In this document: positions 56,576 through 64,000 of the stretch, piece after piece | How the letters are laid out: every line of letters begins with the position of its first letter | How positions within the stretch are numbered: the stretch's first letter is position 1 | Source: a virus | Reading direction: 5' to 3' (one strand) | Virus record (IMG/VR): IMGVR_UViG_3300033555_000001 | Coordinates: 133,463 to 197,462 of that record | Length of the DNA: 64,000 nucleotides | Translations under genes and position numbers: made by a program | Notes under the pieces: model-generated | Database searches by the model: none | Seen by the model: only the letters and a program-made list of their open reading frames with translations | Told to the model about the DNA's origin: nothing

Positions 56576-56907
56576 TTTGAAAGCTTTACTGGCAAGTCGT
56601 TAATGCTGATGATCTTAATCGTAAAATCACCCTCTTCTTCTGCCTTCTTTGAAAAGCTAGAAAAAATACCAGACATGATACCAGACATACGTTCGGAGTC
56701 CTTGTGGCATATGTATACGGAGCCGCTGGCTTGAGGCATGGTGTACTGCTCACCGTCAAACACAACGCTTTCAATTCCTGAGCTCAGTTTCCATGAATCA
56801 CCATTAGCAAAGCCGCCATACCAGCTAGCAAGCACTTTATTAATTGTGCCATGTTCGGCAGAATCTAACTCTACAATTACCCATGCATCCGGATGATAGT
56901 CGCTCAT
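56572..56907 (-). CDS. conserved-looking phage hypothetical protein
   Basis: PDAWVIV...KVLASWYGGFANGDSWKLSSGI...SGSVY.C; overlaps both neighbours by ATGA. Confidence 0.75.
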   Translation of the reverse strand: MSDYHPDAWVIVELDSAEHGTINKVLASWYGGFANGDSWKLSSGIESVVFDGEQYTMPQASGSVYICHKDSERMSGIMSGIFSSFSKKAEEEGDFTIKIISINDLPVKLSK

Positions 56908-57953
56908 TCTGTTCTTAATTCCTCATAAATTTGAACCAACATCTCTGGATCAATTGTTGCTGTTGGCGACACACCCTCGTGAATTAACTGTCGCACGGTA
57001 CCGTCCAGCGATGACAGGTCTAGTTCACCCTCCAGTTCTAACCCGGAGTTGAGAGCATCTTTCTTAGATTGTAAGTCCTCTTCGACAGAAAATTCTCTTA
57101 AATTAAAGGTTGACATCATTTCTTCTCGCAGGGCCTGCACATCGCTGTAGCCAACATCTACGTCAAGTACACATCTGACTCGCCCGCCGGATTTAAAGCT
57201 CATTTCGCCTGTGAGTACCTGAGAAAGCTTAGTCTGATAAAACAGTGGAGCGTCCTCATAATCAAAGAACTCTACACTCTCAGTTCCAGGAATAAAGAGA
57301 CAGGCACCGCGTTCAGTATCCCAAGAGTCGCCAAAGGTGGTTGGAAAAGTGTTGCCAATATAAATGATGTTCTTGTTTACTTGGCGCAGGTGAAAGTGCC
57401 CGCTGAAAATATACTTAGGCCCAGTAAATTGATCTGCGTCCGGGCCGTGTTCTAGTCTGCGGTCGGTACCAGACACAACAAAATTTCGGAACTCAAAGTG
57501 CCCAAGCACGTACTTGTAAGAGTTAATCTGTTCGGCGAGCTGCGGGTATTCTTCTTTGAAGATAAAGGGTGTTGCAAATAAATCAGGCGCCAGTTCCATT
57601 GGCTCATTAACAATAACGAAGTTCTTCAGATCTCTGAATTGGTCAGTGCTAAACACTTCGCGATTGGAGCGGTGATACAGGTCATGGTTGCCCACCAAGA
57701 AGAAAACTGGTAAGCCCAGGGCGTCTAATCTGCGGGCACCCTCTTGAGATGCTTTTAATGTTCGCACATTAATTGCATTTCGGGATTCGAACCAATCACC
57801 CAGGAACGCGATATGTGTGGCTTTTTGTTCGATGGCTCGGGCACAAAACCAGTCTATGTAGTTTAGACAGTCTTGCAGATGTTGGTCGCTGTTCGACCGT
57901 GCGCCCCAATGAATGTCGGTGCACATCATCATTCTCATATTGGAGGTTATCAT
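56904..57953 (-). CDS. gp47: SbcD/Mre11-like metallophosphoesterase nuclease (T4 gp47-like)
   Basis: TDIHWG, FLGDWF, VGNHD, GHFE and FSGHFH. The exact start (57953 or 57938) is uncertain. Confidence 0.95.
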   Translation of the reverse strand: MITSNMRMMMCTDIHWGARSNSDQHLQDCLNYIDWFCARAIEQKATHIAFLGDWFESRNAINVRTLKASQEGARRLDALGLPVFFLVGNHDLYHRSNREVFSTDQFRDLKNFVIVNEPMELAPDLFATPFIFKEEYPQLAEQINSYKYVLGHFEFRNFVVSGTDRRLEHGPDADQFTGPKYIFSGHFHLRQVNKNIIYIGNTFPTTFGDSWDTERGACLFIPGTESVEFFDYEDAPLFYQTKLSQVLTGEMSFKSGGRVRCVLDVDVGYSDVQALREEMMSTFNLREFSVEEDLQSKKDALNSGLELEGELDLSSLDGTVRQLIHEGVSPTATIDPEMLVQIYEELRTE

Positions 57954-58223
57954 GCCGCCGCTCCTTGGAGACAACCGCTAATAACTACTCTAAGTCCTGC
58001 AAAGTTTACTACCAAAAATTGCTGCGTTGGGTATAAAGTGTAAGCCGTCATTGGATCCTTATTGGGAGAATGTGACGGCGACTCAGAAATTATATCCAGC
58101 TGGTCAGACAGTGCCACCTGGAAACGGGCTCGGGTTGTGTTGATCCCGACCGGCCCAGAATACTATTTTAAGAGACTAATCTATAATGATGTACCGTGTA
58201 ACATAATATAACTGGAGTCTGCC

Positions 58224-58508
58224 ATGAAATTTCTGAAAATTGCGTTCCACGCCGATACCGAGGAATCACTGGACTCGATTCTTGAGTACATGAAAACGAC
58301 GCTAGACAGAAATGAAATAGTTACAGAAGATGGCTTTACGTACATTGAGATCCTTACCGACGCCGAGTTGGTGGATGAGCTGATTTGCCTTGGCGGTTGC
58401 CTGCTGGAGCTTGACAATGATGGTTATGAGGACGCGTTTTTTGTCGAGATCGTGGAGCTTGATGTTGCTCCAGTGGACTGCGACGCACCACCGCAGTACT
58501 TGCAGTGA
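58224..58508 (+). CDS. acidic hypothetical protein
   Basis: TATAAT and GGAG upstream. Very D/E-rich 94 aa ending in APPQYLQ. Confidence 0.7.
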   Translation: MKFLKIAFHADTEESLDSILEYMKTTLDRNEIVTEDGFTYIEILTDAELVDELICLGGCLLELDNDGYEDAFFVEIVELDVAPVDCDAPPQYLQ

Positions 58509-58513
58509 GCGAT
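58485..58513. repeat. repeat A copy 1 (partner 59119..59147)
   Basis: GCACCACCGCAGTACTTGCA(G/A)TGAGCGAT, 29 bp, one mismatch. Confidence 0.9.
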
Positions 58514-58993
58514 CTTCTCAATCCTAAGGCTATTTGTAAGCTAACGGAAGAGCAGTGGGGAGGTTCATACCCTATTAGTTGGGACCCTATCAAAAAAGGC
58601 ATTAGTGTTGACCGAGCCGTGAAAAATACATTTGGGGGAGAAGGTGGGAGGTTTGACCCCTTTGATATGAATTTTTTTGTTGGCAACATCAGCCATCATG
58701 AAATAAAAACAACAACCACGAACTGGATTAAGCTTTCACCAAAAGAAAAAGAGCTTGCGGATAGCCTTTTACAGCAGAAATTAGATATGCTGTACTGGAT
58801 TTATTTCCAACATCAAGCCCGAGACGACTTTCAATTTAAGTGCATAGTTAGATGGAGTAAATTAACGCAAAACGATTTAATTTTCACATCACAGTACGAC
58901 ATGTGCAATGTTGAGCGAGAAGGTGTTTGGACAGTAGAACCAGGTTATTGTTTCTCTTTATCCCGAGCCCTGTCAACAGCTGAACCTAATTAA
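58505..58993 (+). CDS. hypothetical protein, possible PD-(D/E)xK nuclease
   Basis: FDPFDMNF...HEIKTT; AT-rich; GTGA overlap with the upstream stop. Confidence 0.5.
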   Translation: MSDLLNPKAICKLTEEQWGGSYPISWDPIKKGISVDRAVKNTFGGEGGRFDPFDMNFFVGNISHHEIKTTTTNWIKLSPKEKELADSLLQQKLDMLYWIYFQHQARDDFQFKCIVRWSKLTQNDLIFTSQYDMCNVEREGVWTVEPGYCFSLSRALSTAEPN

Positions 58994-59010
58994 TAATCTT
59001 AAAAAAATTG

Positions 59011-59098
59011 TCGCTTGTTACAATATCTCATCTCCTGTCACCTACGTCGGGCGACAAAATAGGAGAAAATTAAATGACTCAAGAAAATCAAACTGCAA
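59011..59098. repeat. repeat B copy 1 (partner 59789..59876)
   Basis: 88-bp block containing TGTTACAAT, an anti-SD hairpin, the AGGAGA SD and the first codons MTQ(E/D)NQT. Confidence 0.95.
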
Positions 59099-59142
59099 CT
59101 GCGCTGGTGGGCGGTGGTGCACCACCGCAGTACTTGCAATGA
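59074..59142 (+). pseudogene. 22-codon chimeric junction ORF
   Basis: MTQENQTATALVGGGAPPQYLQ*: the start of 59852..60337 fused in frame to the end of 58224..58508. Its TGA overlaps the ATG at 59139. Confidence 0.8.
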
Positions 59143-59147
59143 GCGAT
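59119..59147. repeat. repeat A copy 2
   Basis: Partner of 58485..58513. Confidence 0.9.
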
Positions 59148-59762
59148 ATTAATCTGATAAGAGCTTTGACAGGCAATAACCGAATTGAGCGAATTAGGCA
59201 GGCTAGGCTTGATTCAAGTTTCAATACAGTTATTGCAATATTAAAAGAATATTGCAGTGCAATACCAGCCTTTTCAGCGGACACAATTGGTCAAGAATTA
59301 TTCGATGAGGTTAACAATATTGTCATCATTGCGAATTTACAGCCAGACCAAAAAAGATCAAAGGCTAAAAAAGAAGCTGATTTTAAGAGGGGGATGTTTT
59401 GCGAGTGCATGGTACGAGACGTGTTGCGTTTAGCACTTGCAGAAATTGGATGGAAATGCGAGTGGCCCAACGATTCTGGGCCACGTGACCTAATTCTGAC
59501 TAGCCCCGCAAAAATTAGATTTTTAGTAGATGTGAAAACAAAGGCTGTTTTACCTGGCAAATCTGGAACTGTTACGTGTTCAGAGTCTGAGGCAAGAGCG
59601 CTGGTTAACGGCATGTACAAAAATGAAAAAATAGATGAAATACTATTAGCAATATTTAACATAAGCACAGCTGGAATTTATACATTTGCGGACGTTCGCC
59701 GCGCAAAAACAGAAGCATGGAGTCTGAGTGAGGATGGCTGCAGCTGGTATTTTGAATTTTAA
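59139..59762 (+). CDS. putative PD-(D/E)xK (restriction-endonuclease-like) nuclease
   Basis: KRGMFCECMVRDVL...RDLIL...FLVDVKTK; AT-rich. Confidence 0.55.
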   Translation: MSDINLIRALTGNNRIERIRQARLDSSFNTVIAILKEYCSAIPAFSADTIGQELFDEVNNIVIIANLQPDQKRSKAKKEADFKRGMFCECMVRDVLRLALAEIGWKCEWPNDSGPRDLILTSPAKIRFLVDVKTKAVLPGKSGTVTCSESEARALVNGMYKNEKIDEILLAIFNISTAGIYTFADVRRAKTEAWSLSEDGCSWYFEF

Positions 59763-59788
59763 CCCAAACATCGCATAACCGGCAAATT

Positions 59789-59876
59789 TCGCTTGTTACA
59801 ATATCTCATCTCCTGTCACCTGTGTTGGGCGACTGAATAGGAGAAAATTAAATGACTCAAGATAATCAAACTACAA
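59789..59876. repeat. repeat B copy 2
   Basis: Partner of 59011..59098; native leader of the MazG-like gene. Confidence 0.95.
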
Positions 59877-60337
59877 TTATGCCAGCAGCCAATTTAGAAG
59901 CACCTCAAATCAATACTGACTGGGTTGCTGACATTGCTGACATGCATACGAAATTCGGCGTTAACACAGTTATCAGAAAACTTAATAAAGCAGACTTGGC
60001 CAAGTTCTTAAAATTTCGCGTTGATTTCTTGCAAGAAGAACTAGACGAGATGATTGCAGCCAGCGAAGACCCTGACTACAAAAAGCCAGACGCTCGTGGC
60101 GACGACATTGTCGATGCGCTGATTGACATTTGCGTTGTTGCAATTGGCACCATGAACGCGTTTGATGTTGATGCGCATACAGCATGGGCCAGAGTCCACA
60201 GTAAAAACATGGAAAAGAACGCTGGCGTCAATCCCAATAGGCCCAACGAATTAGGACTGCCGGATCTGATCAAACCAGCTGGTTGGACTAGCCCTACACA
60301 TGCGGATAATGTTGGCTTGTTAAGCAAGCTGTTTTAA
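59852..60337 (+). CDS. MazG-like/PRA-PH-like nucleoside triphosphate pyrophosphohydrolase
   Basis: MHTKFG...FLQEELDEM...IVDALIDICVVAIG...VH.KNMEK...DLIKPAGW. Confidence 0.85.
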   Translation: MTQDNQTTIMPAANLEAPQINTDWVADIADMHTKFGVNTVIRKLNKADLAKFLKFRVDFLQEELDEMIAASEDPDYKKPDARGDDIVDALIDICVVAIGTMNAFDVDAHTAWARVHSKNMEKNAGVNPNRPNELGLPDLIKPAGWTSPTHADNVGLLSKLF

Positions 60338-60338
60338 T

Positions 60339-60614
60339 ATGGAGACGCCAGTGTTAGAGACGGTACTCGCTCTTCTAAAAGAAAAGCGTAAAAAGCTGGC
60401 GTCTGTGTACAAAAGAGCCGCTGTATTAGACAAAGAAATTTTAGAACTTGTGAAACAGCAGCAATCAATGTGTCAGCACGAAAATATTACAGACCAGTCT
60501 AGTTATTCTCCAGGCACGTATTATGATACAGACTATACACTTTGCTGGCGAAAGTGCAGTGACTGCGGGCTGGAGTCTGAAAGACTGACTAAGAATCACG
60601 GTAACTACGGTTGA
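60339..60614 (+). CDS. hypothetical protein with a coiled coil and a CxH...CxxC zinc site
   Basis: MCQHE...KCSDCG. Confidence 0.65.
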   Translation: METPVLETVLALLKEKRKKLASVYKRAAVLDKEILELVKQQQSMCQHENITDQSSYSPGTYYDTDYTLCWRKCSDCGLESERLTKNHGNYG

Positions 60615-60643
60615 TTTGTTCTGCTCAGAACTCTAAATAAAGC

Positions 60644-60952
60644 ATGCCAAAAATAACCTCTCGCCCAACAGGTTCCCATTCTATCGCAGATTTAGAGCGG
60701 GCTATTCAGCCTACACTCAATGCTATTGAGTGGATGACTGACATCATGTACATGCCTGACAATACGCATGAATCAGTAGGCTCTGCCTATGATATGCTAG
60801 AGGGCTTGCTGGACTGCATGATGCTCTCTAATTTCATTATCATGACTTCTCCAGGTTCACCTGTTAACGAAGTGCATTTTGATGTGGCCGCTCAGCCCGT
60901 GGCCGGTGGTCCCCATTTAGCCTTTAGGGCTGCTTTTCGCGTACAACAGTAA
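60644..60952 (+). CDS. hypothetical protein
   Basis: TAAATA four bases before the ATG. Confidence 0.55.
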   Translation: MPKITSRPTGSHSIADLERAIQPTLNAIEWMTDIMYMPDNTHESVGSAYDMLEGLLDCMMLSNFIIMTSPGSPVNEVHFDVAAQPVAGGPHLAFRAAFRVQQ

Positions 60953-60988
60953 TCGTGTAAATAGGTCTCCTGACTTAAAGGTTTCAGC

Positions 60989-61858
60989 ATGCGCCGCTTC
61001 GACATTTTAAATATTACGCCAAGTACAAATCCAACTGTCCCGTCTACTATTGAGATTGGGCTAGATTTTTCTGGTGTATTTCATGGCCGTGAATGGTCCA
61101 GCGAAACTGGACTGCGCTCGCCAGCCTATACATACACCCCTGGCACAGCGCCAAGCGGCACAGTTCAAGTAGTTGCCACTACATTTGAGGTGCAGGGAAA
61201 TTCAAAGTACCGCGGCAAATATACCGTTTACACACAACCTGAAGGTGGGTTGCCCTCTAGCCAGTACGATCAAAACAGTGGTCGCACGTTTATTAGAATT
61301 AATGAAGTAATACCATCTAACGGAACTCCAGAGGAGCTTAGCACTGGATTTATTACCCGTGTAAGTACGTATTTGTTTATTGTTGCGGGCGAAGCTGATC
61401 TTATTGTACTTGAACAGAGTCATAATGATACGCGGCCAATTGGGTTACTTGGTCAGCTGTCAAGTGGTTGGGGAGAAACTCTGTTTCAGAACCAGCTGCG
61501 ACAGGCACAAAGTTTTGCAGATACTACCGCACCGCTGAATCCATTTCAGGGACAACAGTGGTTTGACACCATGAACTCAGTGCTCATGATTAGAAACAAT
61601 AACGCGTGGGGCGTTGTTAACGCAGAGTATTTTGGTGGCGCACCATACCGCCATGAGCAAACTGTTCCAAGTGCTCTGTGGGAAATTGCGCACAACTTAA
61701 ATGCTGCTGCGCCGTTTGTTCTGTCAACTGACTTTTTTGTTGAGGTAGCCGGAATCATCCGGGCAATTTTGCCATCAGAAATTAATTTTATTGATGCTAA
61801 TAATATCCAAGCGGTGTTCACCGAACCATTTGCCGGAGTAGCTTTACTTCGTCGATAA
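60989..61858 (+). CDS. virion protein with a C-terminal HNL module
   Basis: GETLFQNQLRQAQSFA...P..P.QGQQWFD motif and WEIAHNLN. TAAATA upstream. Confidence 0.7.
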   Translation: MRRFDILNITPSTNPTVPSTIEIGLDFSGVFHGREWSSETGLRSPAYTYTPGTAPSGTVQVVATTFEVQGNSKYRGKYTVYTQPEGGLPSSQYDQNSGRTFIRINEVIPSNGTPEELSTGFITRVSTYLFIVAGEADLIVLEQSHNDTRPIGLLGQLSSGWGETLFQNQLRQAQSFADTTAPLNPFQGQQWFDTMNSVLMIRNNNAWGVVNAEYFGGAPYRHEQTVPSALWEIAHNLNAAAPFVLSTDFFVEVAGIIRAILPSEINFIDANNIQAVFTEPFAGVALLRR

Positions 61859-61921
61859 CCTGCGCAGGCTGACTGTCTGCGTGTATTTCCCTTCTTGAAA
61901 AACCTGTGGTATAATAGGCAC

Positions 61922-62533
61922 ATGAATATTTTTGTGCTAAATGCTGACCCACATCTTGCTGCTCGCGATCACTGCGACAAGCACATAGTTAAAATGATCC
62001 TGGAATATGGCCAGCTTCTGTCCAGTGCTCACAGATTACTTGATGGCAAACCTATTTTACTCATTAAACCAAATAATAAAGCGCAGCAATTATTGCTGTT
62101 GCCTAGTGAAGTGTTTGAGCTCAATGAGGAAAAGGGTAGATATTACATTAGCAACCCGCTCATGTATTCCATGACACATGCAAATCATCCCAGTGCCAGT
62201 TGGGCGCGGCAGTCCGTTGGGAATTATAATTGGTTGTTTGCGCTGTTTGACGGGTGTCTAGCGGAGTACACAAAACGCTACGGCAAAGTTCACTTGGCAG
62301 CACGAATTAAACCGGCAGTAGAGCAGGCACCGCGCAATATTCCAACTGGAGAGCTTACACCATTTGCGCTTGCAATGCCAGAACAATACAGGGTTGCTGA
62401 TGCAGTTACTTCTTACCAGAATTACTACGTTCATGACAAGATTCGCTTTGCAAAGTGGACAAACACACCAGCGCCCGAATGGTTTGTCAGCAGGTCAGGC
62501 CTGGATTCATCCAATTTCGAAAGATCGCGTTGA
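61922..62533 (+). CDS. pyrimidine-dimer DNA glycosylase/endonuclease V-like protein
   Basis: MNIFVL..DP..AA..HCDKHIVKMILEYGQLLS.AH, THANHP...W.R and EY.KRYGKVH. Start re-set to 61922. Confidence 0.85.
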   Translation: MNIFVLNADPHLAARDHCDKHIVKMILEYGQLLSSAHRLLDGKPILLIKPNNKAQQLLLLPSEVFELNEEKGRYYISNPLMYSMTHANHPSASWARQSVGNYNWLFALFDGCLAEYTKRYGKVHLAARIKPAVEQAPRNIPTGELTPFALAMPEQYRVADAVTSYQNYYVHDKIRFAKWTNTPAPEWFVSRSGLDSSNFERSR

Positions 62534-62732
62534 GTTCGCCAAAGCCCGGGTAAAAGTACTTGATGCCATGTACCGCGAGCTGTCACGCAGAAGACACTTG
62601 TTTGGCGCTCGACCAGTGCACATTCAGTCCGCAATTGATTTGCTGCTGACCGAAAAATTATCTCTGCAGCTTGAGATTGAAATTATTTCGCAGCATTTAG
62701 AGAAAAATAATGGCAACAACACAGTCACTTGA
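62500..62732 (+). CDS. hypothetical protein, start uncertain
   Basis: The distal part of the 62364..62732 frame fills the gap after the glycosylase. Confidence 0.4.
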
Positions 62733-62880
62733 TAATTTCATTCAAGAGCAGCATGATTTACTTGATAAGTTTAGATTAACTTGGCTGTGTGAAGCTGAGA
62801 AAAACCCAAAACTGTTTCCGGTTGAGATGCCTCTTGGAGATTGGGATGTGCAGTTCGCAATTTATCAGGATAGCAATTAA
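62710..62880 (+). CDS. hypothetical 56-aa protein (below the ORF-track cut-off)
   Basis: MATTQSLDNFIQEQHDLLDKFRLTW...FPVEMPLGDWDVQF. Confidence 0.55.
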   Translation: MATTQSLDNFIQEQHDLLDKFRLTWLCEAEKNPKLFPVEMPLGDWDVQFAIYQDSN

Positions 62881-62935
62881 TGTTAACCGCAAATAAAAGT
62901 GTTCTAGTAATCAACGCTGTGCTAAAGGTGCTGAC

Positions 62936-63130
62936 ATGACTCTTGAAGAAATACAATTACGTGATGACTTTGCTGGCTTGGCGCTACAGGGATTACTGTC
63001 GTCTTGCGGGCCGCACTGGGATATTGGTGCCGATAAAAGGTATCTGGCTAAGGAGTGTTATCAGTATGCAGACAGCATGATACAGGCTCGAGCAGAATTG
63101 GTCAACCAGGAGAGAAATCGGGCAGTGTGA
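62936..63130 (+). CDS. small phage hypothetical protein
   Basis: LRDDFAGLALQGLL...YQYADSMI.AR, a common phage small-protein pattern. Confidence 0.7.
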   Translation: MTLEEIQLRDDFAGLALQGLLSSCGPHWDIGADKRYLAKECYQYADSMIQARAELVNQERNRAV

Positions 63131-63185
63131 AATTTGCACCGCTGTTTCCCTCACCCACCTGCTTTTAAAAATTTCGCAACCAGGT

Positions 63186-63368
63186 TCACTCTTCTAAGAG
63201 TGGTATTTTAAACTCTATTCCTGGCTTTGGGACTCTGTTGTTATTCAGCGTGTTAAATTCTACGTGTAGTAATTTAAGTTCTTCCCGGGTATAATTATGC
63301 CTGCCAAGTAATCTGAACACGGCGTCAATAGTTTCTGTTGGTCTGAAAGTGTGAAGAACGAATCGCAT
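63186..63368 (-). CDS. small LysM-like protein
   Basis: HTFRPTETIDAV...LN....PKPG...KIP resembles the LysM consensus. Confidence 0.5.
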   Translation of the reverse strand: MRFVLHTFRPTETIDAVFRLLGRHNYTREELKLLHVEFNTLNNNRVPKPGIEFKIPLLEE

Positions 63369-63424
63369 CTGATATTAAAGGATCGCGGCCGTGTAAATAG
63401 GTGATTACACCTACAGATCCCGCC

Positions 63425-64000
63425 ATGCTAGATACCTTTACAGAATTAACTACTCATGACTTGTGGGTAGAGGCTCGTCAATTTGAACTTGAGATGACCC
63501 GGCCATCAGCCGATACAGTTAAATTAACGGTGCGACGCCCAAGTGCGCTGCGTGCGGTTGATGGAGCCGTGATTCTTTTAAGCACACGACCATTTGATCC
63601 TAATAATTTTCCAGTTGACGGCCGGCAGTACGCTAATCCGTCGCAGGTTTTTAATCAAGCTGGAGCTGACGCGATTAATAACGCGCAAGTTGTTGCATTT
63701 TATTCTGGCAGTACTGGGAATGCGCTACCAACCGGAACTTTAAACGGTGATGTAGTTGCTTTTCCAGAGGGTGAACAGCGGCTAGATCCGTTTGTTGCTG
63801 AATTTGCAATTACTGTTACTAACACTGATCCAAACACAGTGTACTATGCCAGCGTGCACGCGGCCAGTAATGTGCTGCAGTATTTTCCACTTGGTATTCA
63901 GTCTTATCCGCTTGACGCCACGGGCGGCGGTCGTGAAACAAGTTCCTATACCGGGTCTATTCCATCACTGCCGGGTGCGCCGACCTCTCCAACGCCAGGC
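63425..64000 (+). CDS. late structural protein, partial (runs off the window end)
   Basis: ATG at 63425 after TAAATA (63394..63399). The frame MLDTFTELTTHDLWVEARQFELE... is open to the end. Confidence 0.65.
   Translation, partial: MLDTFTELTTHDLWVEARQFELEMTRPSADTVKLTVRRPSALRAVDGAVILLSTRPFDPNNFPVDGRQYANPSQVFNQAGADAINNAQVVAFYSGSTGNALPTGTLNGDVVAFPEGEQRLDPFVAEFAITVTNTDPNTVYYASVHAASNVLQYFPLGIQSYPLDATGGGRETSSYTGSIPSLPGAPTSPTPG

Noticed and set aside
57978..58052. 24-codon minus-strand ORF (MTAYTLYPTQQ...) with AAGGA upstream
   Set aside because: Too short, with no supporting motif; cannot be told from chance.
1..64000. Stop-codon reassignment, or introns/inteins in core genes
   Set aside because: Core genes are full length under the standard code, all three stop codons end genes, and no split gene or intein motif was noticed.

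Overview
This window is a 64-kb segment of a large T4-superfamily tailed phage (myovirus-like, standard genetic code). A two-component spanin pair and lipoproteins point to a Gram-negative host. It carries most of the virion module: PAAR, fibre genes, very large baseplate/tail proteins, gp6/gp25/gp5-like baseplate genes, major capsid, scaffold, prohead protease, portal, a tape-measure-like gene and a gp26/gp51-like pair. It also carries a lysis cassette, a gp55-like late sigma factor, gp46/gp47 and endonuclease VII-like recombination genes, two free-standing homing-endonuclease-like genes, a MazG-like pyrophosphatase, a pyrimidine-dimer glycosylase and many small accessory ORFs. Reading the DNA directly shows six further patterns. 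(1) Three loci have gene cassettes stacked between imperfect direct repeats, two of them with short in-frame remnant ORFs. (2) A recurrent ~70-aa 'W-x-I-x-H-N-L' module occurs in eight virion genes. (3) A T TTT TTC -1 frameshift candidate links the gp26- and gp51-like ORFs. (4) A compact protein carries PolA/T7-like palm motifs. (5) Several late proteins begin with a possible capsid-targeting/protease-cleavage peptide. (6) A TAAATA late-promoter motif recurs, and several transcripts look leaderless. All family assignments come from motif recognition and synteny by eye; no database searches were run.
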